A DNA stretch of 64,000 bases from Takakia lepidozioides (taxonomy: Eukaryota > Plantae > Bryophyta): the NCBI GenBank assembly GCA_030704615.1, contig CM060731.1, positions 44,330,001 through 44,394,000 of the forward strand. Reading direction: 5' to 3'. A model generated the notes under the pieces. That model had not been told where the DNA came from and ran no database searches. It was given only the letters and a program-made list of their open reading frames with translations. This document shows positions 38,659-51,210 of this stretch, in pieces; position 1 is the stretch's first letter, and each line of letters starts with the position of its first letter. The position numbers and the translations under genes were made by a program.

Positions 38659-41600
38659 CGATGAATTTTGAGAACTACGTTCAATTTGCACAAAAAAAAA
38701 GAGGGTTATCCGTAGGGTGTTATATACAATCATCACGTGTTTCGTTGTCTCCACATTTTATTGTTTGATGTAGCTACCCCTACCTATGCCCAAAGAAGCG
38801 AGGGGGAGTTGAACCCCCTTTTTTGCCCGGTATGCATCGCACGTCGACCAGCTTTAAAGTTACAGTTCATAAAGGAGTGGCTCTATTATCCGTGATTCAA
38901 TTTGTATGTCTTTCGGTGGAGTTTTCTGCTGCTTTGAAGCATGCTGCAGACTCCGTGAATAGTTAGTGAAAGTGCATGATTCACTAATGGTAGAATTTCT
39001 ACCAATATGCATTTAGGGTTCAACGGCCATTTTTCTTGTGGCAGTTTTGGCTCCTATTGTTTGGTAGTATCTTTAATCTTCTAAGTTGTTCATCTATTTG
39101 CTTTCGGGACTTTTCAGACATCTTATGTGGAAATTCCATAAATTGACCCCAAAAAAATTGCCATGTTATTTTGCATGTTTCCCTTCTATGGACTGACCAA
39201 AGTAGTTTCCATTCCTACACAAATTGGAATCCCCCATTGCAGCTATGCCATGTTGGAAGAGAAATACCATATTTTATCCCATCTTTTTCATGTACAGAGG
39301 AACTCCCTCAAAATCTTGAAGTTATGTGAATTTTGGAGACAAGGTCCTAAAGATGATACATATTGTCACTGTGAAGTTGATTTGTGATCTAGGAAGAATC
39401 AAGAAGAATCATTATGCAAATTTTTGGTCAAAATAATTTTCTAAGTGTAATTTGGTATGAATTTGTGAAAGTTACCATTCTCTTTTTTTTAAGAGTCTTT
39501 GCATTAGAACAGTCAAATCTTCTGTAATTTGCTCACCACCTCTATGATGTCGATATAGCATAGTTCATTCATGTGGATGAAATGTCATAGAGAATTACAT
39601 CCATTTTTGTCAGAGTATGTAGACTTTTGACTCGAAGTCCAAAAACCATATGTAGTCCTGTAAGGGTTAAGGTGGGCCACCACAAGGGGAACTGGAAAAA
39701 ATTCTAAGCTCTGGCAGCTAAGGTAGGTCTACCACGAGGACAAGACCCGAGGTTCTTGCGGCCATTGGTCTGGACCCGGGTGGTCGTCCAATAACCCTTC
39801 TCCGTACCTAGCAGGGCCCGCATTCCTCAAGTGTGTATTGAAGATGCTATTAATCTAAAATGTGAGCCCACATGAATAGATTAGAACCAAGGGTAAACTT
39901 AACTTCGGGAGATTGCTGCATAAGAGGAAATCGATTTATCAGTTTCCTCTATATCAAATTGAAGAGGAGCCAACAAAAACAACCCTCAACCCGAAATGGG
40001 CTCTCTCTTGCTCTTGCTTTGGCAAAACATAAGAGGAAGATAAGACTAGGGAGCATGACTTAGCACACCAATCAGAGTTTTGATACCTTGTAAGGTCTTT
40101 GACCACATTTTCCGTTAACTTCAAGATGATGCGTACCTGTCTCTCTCTATAAAGAGCCAATAAAGGAAAGCCCAAAAATAGTAACATTCAAGATGATGCG
40201 TAGTGTCTCTCTGCAAGAGAACCAATAAACCAACTCCCAGGAATCGTAAACGTAATGTGACCAACACATGTTGGTACAGTAACAGCTGACCCATCCAGAA
40301 GCTCTGGTTTGAATGACATTCTTGTTTGGCCCTTTGTAGAAATTGATCACCACATGGCTTCTTCCAACAAATAAAACATGGGAGCAGCAAAAGAATATGG
40401 GGGAGCCAAAAAAAAAAGGTGGGTCACACTTTGCCGAAGCAAGCGTAACTTTGGTGTCACTTGACCCCATAGGGCTACTGCCTTCTGGTGGGAAGGTGGA
40501 CACCGTAATGACTTCCAACAGGTGGATTGAACCCACAACCACTCGTGAGAGGGTATGTGCCCTTACCAGTGTGCTACATGCTGGTTGTCTATGGGGGAGC
40601 AGTAAAAAGCTGACCATGTTTGGTCAGTCTTTTCATGTCCTTCCTAATCTTATATTGCTGACCCACGAGTAAGAGGAGGGAGATGTGTCGTCATAGCTGA
40701 AAACTTACTAAAAACAAAGATGTGTTGTGAAGACGACGATGGAGACTTTGGCACAAGGTAGGATTTGGAGGAGCAAGTCCCAATCTCATGCACTCACGCA
40801 AAATGATGTGATCTCTATCTTGGCCCACCACGATCAGCAGAATGTGAGCAAGGGAATTGCATTTCATTCTATCGATTCAATTGTAGGGATGGATATCTAC
40901 AAGACAAAATAAGATCTTAAGACTATGGTTTGGTGTTAAACTAAGAAATTTTTGCAATCGTGAAACAACGGCGGCCATGCTCCCTTGACTGAGTCAGCGA
41001 CATTATCTTGGGTTCTAGGCGAGGGTGATCAGCGATTACCCTCTCAAAATCATTCACTTCTAACTTTCCCAATCTCTCGGACCAACTCATTCTTTTGCCC
41101 TTCTTATTCAAAATAACGGTGAAGAAGGAAATAAAGAAGAAAGATGTCGGAACCCAAGGGGATACCACAATCTTGAATAGGTAGGTCACTATATATCCGG
41201 ACTGTGTTTGATATGTAACAATATGTACCCCAAGTCGTTCAAAAATTAAAATCAGCCAAAGCGGGCTGGACATCTAGGAGGCTATCCGAAGGAGGACGGC
41301 TATTGCATGCGGGCCTCCCATGGCAATTGCATGCCCAATATTTGTACCCCAATCAGGTGTTGCTGTCTCTACATTATTACCCATCTGATTTTTATTTTTA
41401 TTTTTATTTTTAAGAGAATAGAGGATGGTAGCCTTGGAATTTTATTGATAGGTAAGGAAAAAATAACCTTACAGATGTCATGTATCTCTTGAAGTTGAAG
41501 TGTACATATGGATTGGGCCCGGGTTAATCTAAAGATGGTCATAACCTTCGTAGCATTACTATTTGGCTTGTAGGAGCTCCTATACGGACCGATACGAGTT

Positions 41601-42051
41601 ATATGTCAACTTGTATTTTTATTGTGTTCCATGCCGACTGACATAACAAGAGCGACTGCTAGACTTGGATGACCAACTTGTCAGTAAAGATGCCTGGTCA
41701 GACCAACAAGATGACGTCCTAAAATATGAAATTTGCTATGCAGACGGAGCATATAAAGCAAAGAGTTTACTGAACAACTTCATTCCATGTGCTAAACAGG
41801 TGAGCGTTCAGCACAAAGAGCCTGTCGGTAACTACTGCACTCTGAGGAGTAACAAGAGGGATAGTGAGAGAAGCCCAGGTGCAGAAGACGTTGTTGGAGA
41901 TTCTTCTACAAATGCTTGTGACCAGCTTGTAGCTGAGCGAGATAACTCAACCGGCGCATAGCTCTGGAGAGGGCAGAGTAATCAATATGGAGTTCAACTA
42001 CTCCGAGAGTGATTCCTCTGTGAACCGTTAGCTCAAGGTGGTGCATGGTCG

Positions 42052-44439
42052 TTGTCTCGTGAGGCAATGATAGCTGTGGTGCTTGTGAGCTTACTTACGA
42101 TCGTGGTGGCCAGAAGTCTCTTTGGGAAAAAGAGCAGACTTCCCCCAGGACCGCGCCCATGGCCCATCATAGGCAATATTCACCAGATTGGTACCTCTCC
42201 ACAGCATAGCCTGACGGCTATGTCTAAAATCTACGGACCCATCATGTACCTGTACTTGGGGTCCTATCCCCTCGTTGTCATCTCCTCTGCTGAAGCAACA
42301 ATCGAAGTCCACAAAACCCATGACAAGTCGTTCGCAGGTCACCCTCCATCCATCGTTGGAAAGATCTTCTCTAACAACTATACGAACATTGTGGGGGCTC
42401 CCTATGGCATGCTTAATGTCACTTTAAGGTAAAGTCAGTGTGAGAGAGAGAGAAGACTCCAGCCGAAGCCGACGTAACTAAGAGTCACTTCGCCTCACAG
42501 CTAATGCCCTCTTTCGAGGGTGGGCCCTATAAATAAGTGTCACTTTAAGGTCAAGGCATGCAAAAACATAGGTGTCCAATTAAGGTCACTGACCATTTTA
42601 GGTACATCTACCTTACTTTGCATTACACGAAGGTAGCAACTTTCTCTTAAAATGTTTTCGGATTGTTACCTTGATCGTCCCGTCGGACAGTTGACCCTTT
42701 CCATCTTCCGAGGGCCTGGACAAGAGCACATCAACAAAGTCCTTGGAATCCTCATTGATCTCACCCGCTCCTTTCCGAGCGAGTCCACCCTTCTTGCTTT
42801 CGACGAATGTCTGAAGAAATTCGTCTATATCTTTCTTCCCCTTATGTATATACGGGACCACATAGGCAGAATATGTATCAGATTTAGGTTCAAAGAGGGT
42901 TACAAATATGTCAATCATTGGGATTTATGGGACAACGGGCTAGGGGTTTAGCTCAAGACAACATGTGGTTAATAAGATAGCATGTACCATTTCTATTAAC
43001 TAAACATATTTATTATGGTGATTGGTCAATTGATGGTCTTTAGCCCAGGCTTATGCGATGTCTGCTGGGATATTTTGGAAAACGCTCCCCCATGCGGGGC
43101 CTCCAGCAGTGCCTGATATATTAACTCTGCTGGGCCATATACACCATTCTTTGATGTCCATTTCAGGTGCAGTTGATGTACATTTAAGGTCTAACAACAC
43201 TCATAGAAGGCTATGTTTTATGTCTACTTAACGACCGATTAACATTAGAATTGGATGACAAAGTAAATATAATAGGATTATTTGTGTTTGCTTTTTGGGG
43301 GGCCTATGTGTCACAAATAGGTGTCTATGAGTCCAAGACTTTGAAATATCAATTTCATATTATCACTATAAATCAACGGGCAAATTGGGTCATACTTCTT
43401 TTCGATTTGCTAATCCATGAAAATTGTTTCTATGTTGTGCTGCTCATTCTATCCATGCGAACTAGGTAAAATTGTCCATTCAGGTCGTCTACCTTTAAAG
43501 AGCTTTAAGGACGATTGACGGTTTGAACTCTTTGAACCATAATTATACATCTACCTAGACTTCCACCACGGTAATCTTGCTTTGGCCAAGAGTTCAACTT
43601 CAGTCGTTGGGCCACTTAGAACTAGCAATGAGTAGACTTCACTTCGGTGTGCAGAGGAGGGATATGAAGCAGGGAGTAGATTATATGGCTTCCTCCATCG
43701 TCTTAGAGGGTTTCGAAAAGGCGTGCACGCTATGAGAGGAGTTGGATAGCAGTGGGAATTTACCAAAGTTTTGTTCGCTAGGTTGGAAGATTTTCGTTCC
43801 ACTCATAACTGTGTTGAGGGGTGCATGCAGGACATGCTTCTAGCAAGGACAAACACATCATCAAACACAGTAGAGTGGGCTATGGCAGAACTCCTGCGTC
43901 AACCAGATGTGATGAAGAAAGCGCAAGCTGAGTTGGACACTGTGGTGGGCTGTGACCGCCCAGTCAATGAGACAGATATTGAGAACCTACCCTACCTGCA
44001 AGCGGTTGTGAAGGAGGTTTTCCGCCTTTATCCCCCAGCACCTTTGTCCCTGCCACATATTTCTATTGAGCCCTGCACAGTGGGAGGCTATGACATACCG
44101 GCCAACACTCGCATGTTCCTCAATGCCTATGGTATCCAGCGGGACCCAGCCAGTTGGGAAAGGCCTTCGGAGTTCGACCCCGAAAGATTTGTTAAGAAGG
44201 GTAATCACTTCCAGTTCTTGCCCTTTGGGGGGGGAAGAAGGATCTGCCCAGGAATGCCTCTGGGAATTCTCTTTGTGCAGATCGGGCTTGCTCGTCTCAT
44301 CCACAGTTTCAACTTCAAGCTGCCCAACAACCAGGATCCCAAAGACCTGGACATGACTCAGAAATTCGGGGTCACCATGCCTCGGGCGAGCCCATTGCAC
44401 GTGATTGGAGAACCCCGCTTACTTGCACATTGTTATTGA
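42052..44439 (+). pseudogene. Cytochrome P450, CYP71 clan (A-type), disrupted and partly inverted
   Basis: Membrane anchor and PPGPRPWPIIGN hinge (42052-42410). Exon 2 from 43831 has I-helix altered to ARTNT, KEVFR (ExxR), PERF and FGGGRRICPG. The end of exon 1 (DFVDVLLS..LSDGTIK) is on the opposite strand at about 42660-42845. Confidence 0.9.
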
Positions 44440-45879
44440 TCGATCTTCTTTGCTTGTAATTGGCTTCATTACCAGACTGGAAAAACTGCTCGTCAAGAAG
44501 CTGATAATTGAGGCTAGGCCTGCGAATTTTGGTGGAGCTTGGAGTAGGTGGCCGGCTCAGGAGTAGCAAGCCACTGGATCCAGAGGTTTGCTATTATTGA
44601 GTATATCATCTTCTAGTAGTTTGTTCAGTTACCTTAGAAACATCCATTTGGACCCCCAGCTCATGTTAACTCGCTACTATGTCCCAGGTTCAGCTCAAAT
44701 CAGGTATTCAAGCTTAGGGTGCTGAAGGAAAGGACTTCCCGATTTTCTACTTTCATTGATGTGATATGAGTTGTTGTTTCAAGGTCTATGGGAATTTGTA
44801 CACCTTCATTACTTTTCGTCCACGGCGCTGAACACTTGCCTTACATATACTCAAAAGTTAACCTAACTACCTTGTCCACAAGATTTGTTAATTCTACTTC
44901 ACTATATGCCCGAAACGACGCACCAAAAACGACTAGGATGTCAGTAGTGCAACATGCCTGATACGAGCCCAAAAATAGTGAAATGGGTACAGTCGTAAAA
45001 ACCGGATCCTGTTGTAGTGAACATGTATTTATCTTTTTGTCTCCATTGTCCCACCATTGACTGGGGTCGGAAAAGTGTTCATTCCAAAGCTTCTCCTCAT
45101 CTCTGTTATCTATTTTTGGATACTTTTATGCTACCACATGGCAGTAACTTGTCGAAGTCATTCCAAACCACCACAGATCCACACAACGAACTAACTTACA
45201 TAATTCAGTATGCATCTCAGGGCCGAGTCTGATATTGAGAGGGCAAAACAGGCTGAAATAGATCGAAGAAGAAGGTGCCCTCACCACATTGTCCTTGACC
45301 TTGTGTCACGACCCATGGGGGTTCCAACATCCATTTGGTACTTATGGACAAGTACTTATTGGTGTTCTTTTGTATATGACAAGGGGCCTGCCTTGTAAAT
45401 TTGAAAAGGCGGATGGGAAATTGAGCTGCTATGCAAGTAGCAAGTTTTTGCATGCTCATTTCTTCTCTTGCAACATATCTCTTGGTTATTGGCAGTTATC
45501 TAATATTTTGTTGTTGTGTTGAAGAGTATTTAGGTTGATATCTGTTGTGCTTGGTTTCACAGGTATTGACAGTAGTGACTTGCAAAGCTTTTTGGGTGTG
45601 CAACCTAGTCTAGCAACGTATTGCCTACATTTCTATGTCCTATGTCTATGCCCAGGCCCATAATACATCAACTTACAATGTTGTAATCAACTCATATCCA
45701 CCAAAGGAAAGATGAAAGATGACACCACTTCGTCATTTTGAAATGTATGCCCAAAGCAGCTTCATCAAAAGCTTTCTAGAACCGAGATTGATTACTTGTT
45801 GTGACCAAATCTACCTGAACCACTACAATGTGTAATACAGTGAGACTCCCAATAAAACTTGGCTATATATTAGTCTATA

Positions 45880-47319
45880 CTCCTATAAAAGTATCATATT
45901 GAGGTAGTAGCCCTGTTTGGTATACCTTCAGAGATAAAGCCTAATTTGTAAACCTTTGATTTACAAAGAAACTCTAGTAAATGCGGAAATATGTAGGTAG
46001 AGGTATCGTCATTGGGTAGTAGCCCTGTTTGCTATTAGTTATAGAGATAAAGCACTTGATTCCAAAGAAACTTAGGTAGAGGTATCGTCATGAGGTAGTT
46101 TCCTTGTTTGGTATACCAGTTGTTTATTACCTATATTTGCTAAATCAGTGTATATTTTTGTAGCGGTATTGTCATGAGGCTCTTAACTAGTCTCTGACTT
46201 TCAGTCGAATGCAAATGAATATGAGTGGTGAGCAAGATCTGGTCAATTGCCGTTTACCAAGCCTTCCGCCCATTCCGGAGCCATGTAATTATACAATTTC
46301 GACGGTGACTACAGTCATATGAACGAGCAGGGGTCATTTCATATAAAAACATGGTACAGTCATGGACAAAGTCAGGAAAACCATGACTACCGGGGGTTGG
46401 CAATGATAAATACCGCGATCTTGGTGATGGGATCTAGCTATCTCTCAGTCCTCGAATGTTGGTTTCTGTATTCTGACAGCAGAAGAGATTTTACAATACT
46501 ACTGCATCAATGGAGGTTCTGTAGGTGATGAAGAACACACCTTCAGTCAAAGAATCCATGAGACATTGAAGCTACCTGCTTTTACTAAATTTTCAAAGGC
46601 CCACCTTGAGCTTATATGTTGCTCAGACCAAATTGAGACCCACCAAGATGAGGCAACACTTTTGCAAGCAAGAGCGAAGGTTGATGAAACCATTTTGAAA
46701 TAACAACGGTATTATATGAGTCAAATTGTTTTCAAGCCCTACAAAAGATGGTTGGACTTTTCCAACATCACTATTACCGAGATTTCGGTGAGTTCATGCA
46801 TTGTAATGATAATATCATATTTTGTAAGCTCGCTTTCACTTAGAATTTAACATTTCAAAGTTGTTGAAAGTTTTGTGTTGTTTTTCAAGGTGACCCAAAC
46901 GAAGAAGCTTCAAGCTTCCAATCTTCAATGGAATGAGATCAAACATCAAAGAGCTTGCATCAGACATTACACCTCTATAGGTATACCAAACATGACTACT
47001 ACCTCATAACGATACCTCTTCATGCATATAGCCTGATTTATCTTAAATTTATTTGTCTATCAGACGTTATACCTCACTAGGTATACTAAAACAGGGCTAC
47101 TACCTCATAATGATACCTCTACCTGCATATAGACTGACTTGACCAAGTTTCTTTGTAAATCAAGCGCTATACCTCTGGTGGTATACTAAATAGGGCTATT
47201 GTTGATACCTCTACATAAGTATAGACTGATTTGGCCAACTTTTCTTGTAAAACGAAATACTATACCTCTGTAGATATACCAAGCAGGCTACTACCTAATG
47301 ACAATACCTTTATCATGAG
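45880..47319. mobile_element. Foldback/MITE-like element with long modular inverted arms, TA-flanked
   Basis: Left arm repeats gaggtagtagccctgtttggtatacc; right arm has inverted ggtatac..aacagggctactacctc. Ends TA|CTCC.. and ..GAG|TA. Confidence 0.65.
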
Positions 47320-50239
47320 TAGGGTGCCATAGTGTCATGTCATCATTGCCACATCATCAATCGTTGTCATTTTTGTTTTAAGCTGCCCATGTTGCCCAAA
47401 GAGAAAACCACAAGAAGTAACAACTTCCTGAATGGGCGTATTTGCTGGAAGCCTGTACCAATTCTGTAGGACTCAGGCCACAGAAGCAGTGCTGGAATCA
47501 ACATACCAATACCGGATTACAGTAGCTGTGCAACCGCTTTAAGCCGTTCCTTGGTTGGTTGGTAGTCTTTTGGTCATAGACCCCAGCGCCCTGCTTCACA
47601 TAAGCATGGACTTGCTGGGCAGTTACCTCACTCTCAATTGGGGGCATCCAATATTGTGGCAATACCCTCGGTGCCTTGTCTATTGCTCCATCATTTGTTT
47701 TTCTGACTAAATCCCAAATTTTTTCTAAGCTCTATTTGGCAATCATCTCCAGAGTTGGTTTCCAGGTTGTGAACTTGGTATATATGCCTTCAAGTACCAA
47801 CAACTAGTTTATCACTCACATCTTTGGTTCAATCTGTTCGTGAGTTTGTAATGACCTTATCTTCACGAGAGCGGCAGTCGCGTAGCTCATCTCTCTCGAG
47901 TTGAGCCTGCGCGACCGAGCTCCTTCATGCGTTTAGATCTGAGTGTGCTTATGATGGGAGTGTAGGTTGTTGTGGGGTGGAGTCCCCATAGCGTGGGGTG
48001 CCCCTGGCTCGACTTCTATTTTAAAGAGTGATAGCGATGGATTTCATATTTCTTGTGTTGAGAGTGTGTGTCCTTTTTAGCTTTACTTATCACTCGAGAG
48101 AGATGATCTCTTACCTGTGAGTGCAAGGTAGGAGTTGAGGGTTAGCACTTGCAAGATTACTTGTGTGTAAGTAGTGCTTAGTTTGAGAAGCATATCATTG
48201 AATGTGACCACAAGATTCAGCATGCCCTGAAACGCCTGGAGGATGACGATGCCGGAGCCGTCACTGTTGTTGCAGTCGCTGAAGCTACCAAGTCACCAGA
48301 GGCTTTGGAGTACACAAGGCAAATCAAGGAGAAGATGAAAGCTGCGGAGTACATGGATCTGGATGGGAAAGCAGACAACAAAATTCGGATAATGGAGGAC
48401 GTGGAAGTAAAAAACTGGCAATAGCCGATGAACACCAAGACAAACACGGCAGCTCACATTCCAGGCACAAGAAGAATATAGGCGGAAGCAAGATGCACTG
48501 CGAAGGCGACAGGCACAAGTGGGTGGAAACGCTTTATCTTTGAGTGATCTCGAGTTCGTAGCATTCTTGACTGAGGAGGTACGATTGCAGATTGCAGCAA
48601 ACCTGACTTGAAGGCAAGTGTGTATGCCATTTTTTTATGAGGAAAAGATTCTATATTACGTTGGTGTCTCAAGACAGGCTTATTAGAGTATGAGGCTACA
48701 CTTTGCATGCAAGCCGCTACAATGCTGGTATGTGAAGGTGCAGAATGAGAACCGTCCAGCCGAGCTCTACTTAAAAGCATTCGAGACAAATGGATCTCTG
48801 AGAATGGTGCAGTTCCCAGCGGAAATGACAATGGGAAGTTGCAAAATATTTGGAGAACCCACTGGATTGCAAACCTCTCATGAGAGAAGAAGAGAAGCTG
48901 AAGGTTGAAGAGGTAGAGGACGTTGTTAAGAACAGGAAGAAGCGGGAGCGGCGATGTCTCGGTAGAGCAACCTGACGGTAGAGATGTGAAAGAGAATGTG
49001 GAGAAGTCGACAGGTTGGGCACTGTCAGCTCAGGAAGAGACCATTCAGAGAGAGCTTGAGCGTGAAAGAAACAGGGCACAACCAAAGGAGCTGATGGCCT
49101 TCTAAGTCTTTGATTTGGCAGCTTGCAGCTGCCCTCATTGCAACATTGTTTATCCCTGAACAACCAGCCATATCTCTTCCCACCTCTTATATAGACATCA
49201 GAATTGTACAATGGATGAGGGATGGACTCAAGAAGGGGTGCCCCACACATGGGAGGGAGCTGGGTCCTCTGCAGATATGCATCACCAGCCTAGCAGCAGT
49301 GGGAGCAACAAGCAAGAGACTGACAAAGTAAGACATGCAAGCTAAGAATTGAAGGTGGGAGTTAGGAGCATGCTGCGTGCAGCATTTGCAGACTCAGGCA
49401 GCAGCTGAGAAGGAAGAGGCTCAAACCAATGTTGAGGGAGGCCCATCGAAGCAGTTTCAGGCACCTCAAGCACCGAGTCCTTCGTCACCAAGGGATTTCC
49501 TTCTCTTTCTGTGCTTGAAGAAGTGAATGGGTCGGGTCAGCCCTTTCCAGCAGGGCAAGCATGCTTGGTGGGGAGTCTAGACGCGTCCAGGGAACTCGTC
49601 CAGGGTTGGTACTAGTTTGTGCATGAACGTTTGAATTTCTTTGCCAAAAGATAGCCTCCCCGGCCTTACTGTGAGCCGCTTTCAGCTGTCCGTTATACCA
49701 TTGTCCTTTTGCACTCAACGTTCTCATTAAGTGAGGAGACGTCGTCTTCCTGGGCCGCCCATAGTTTTGGAGCTATCATGGTGCCTGCACGAGAACGATC
49801 TGTGTTGCTCAAGTTGAGCTGACAGGATTGCGGGAGACTGGCGGGCTACGTTCGCCACAGAGACGACGGCTGCCAGGCGAATATGAACAATACCTAAGAG
49901 CCGCTGGTACCAATTTAGAACTTTGGGCACATATACAGGAACAGGGAACCAGGGAACAGGGAACCAAGACAATAGAGTTTTCTTTGTATTTGTTTTGTCT
50001 TATTTTTTATTTATTTAAAAAAAAGTGTTATGTTTAAAGAGCCTGGTTGGTCATATCTTTGTCAAATGGGCTCCGTTTGACTCAGTTTTTGAAGGGATAG
50101 CTGCAGAAAGGGGAAATCTACCTATCTAGACCTGGTTTCTATTTTTGGGACTCTGCTAAAAATCTATGGAATTTTTAGAGTGTGAGTGTGTCGTGAAAGA
50201 TCCACAATTCTGTTTCTAGAACCAATTCTGGTCTATTTG

Positions 50240-50527
50240 AGAGGGGCCTATTACCGTGGAAGCGTATATTGTCCTCTTGTTTCACATCCAGAATCTTTGC
50301 ATTAACTGCATAGTGCCATTCGGGGTCGTTAGCATGCTGTTCTGTTATCACATCCATCCACGCCAAGTAGCGGTGGTTGCCGTCATAGATACACAACCAT
50401 TGGTTGCTCAAGAACTCCCAGGTGGTGCCCTTGATGGCCTCCTCAAAGTAGCGGTCCTCCTCCTGCCAATGCATGTCCCAGCTCGCTCTATCCTCGGCCG
50501 TGATGGAGGAAGCCACTCCTGCGGTGT
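50240..50527 (-). pseudogene. Fragment of a second ParB-like (DGNHR) gene from an older related element, cut by element A
   Basis: ITAEDRASWDMHW..IYDGNHRYLAW..HANDPEWHYAV aligns to PTAEELQNWGPHW..VWDGNHRMLAW..HPQDISWHYMV. Similarity stops at the element A terminus. Confidence 0.85.
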
Positions 50528-51210
50528 GAGGTTTACTATTTCATGAGCGCATGAGCCCATGAGCCTATGAGCCTATGAGCTCATGAGCGGGCATCCGCGG
50601 AATTGGAATTTTCCTGCCTTTATTGACGGTGTTATGTCCTCTTACCTCGGTAATAGGGTCTGTTTCTCCTGGTCCAGGATGCGGAATGAGGAATTTCGTT
50701 ATTCCCAAGAGCAGTGTGCTAAAATGGTGTTTTGAAGACATCCACCGGGGTATTTCGGCACCGAAATTACCTCTTAAAATGTGATATAGTGCGGTATTTA
50801 AAGGCGCAGAACGGGCAATTTCGGCGCCGAAATACCCAAGTGGAATGTGGTGAAGTGCCTTGTGCTGAAGGCTTCCATCGCAATATTTTGGTGCAGTAAT
50901 TCATCCGTGGAATTTTTGAGGCCCATATAACGAAGGCGCAAACTGGGCTATTTCGGCGCCAAATTTCCCAATAGGAATGTTAGAAACGGCAGGGTTTTCA
51001 TGGCTTCAAGTTCCCGGCTCGATGGTGTGCATAAATTACTTGTAGGGTTCTTCACTGAAGTTTGCTCTCTTCTGCTTTTATTATAGATTTTGGTTGGCGG
51101 AAGAAATGTAGGGAATGGACAAGCAGTCTGAACACAATGATTTTTCAAATCGTCAATATTTTCATTAAGTTTCAGAAACTGTACAACAAAAGGATCCAAA
51201 TGAGACTTTG

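Noticed and set aside
38790-38860. tRNA gene on the minus strand (GGTTCAACTCC T-loop-like)
   Set aside because: No convincing acceptor, D or anticodon stems.
47800-49720. Possible LTR-like segment plus a decayed charged ORF
   Set aside because: No second copy, PBS or recognisable domain; cannot be supported as a feature.
38590-50590. The ends at 38658 and 50528 as the two TIRs of one element enclosing the P450
   Set aside because: They point away from each other: each has its TGAGC repeats and element body on the outer side, so they belong to two separate elements.
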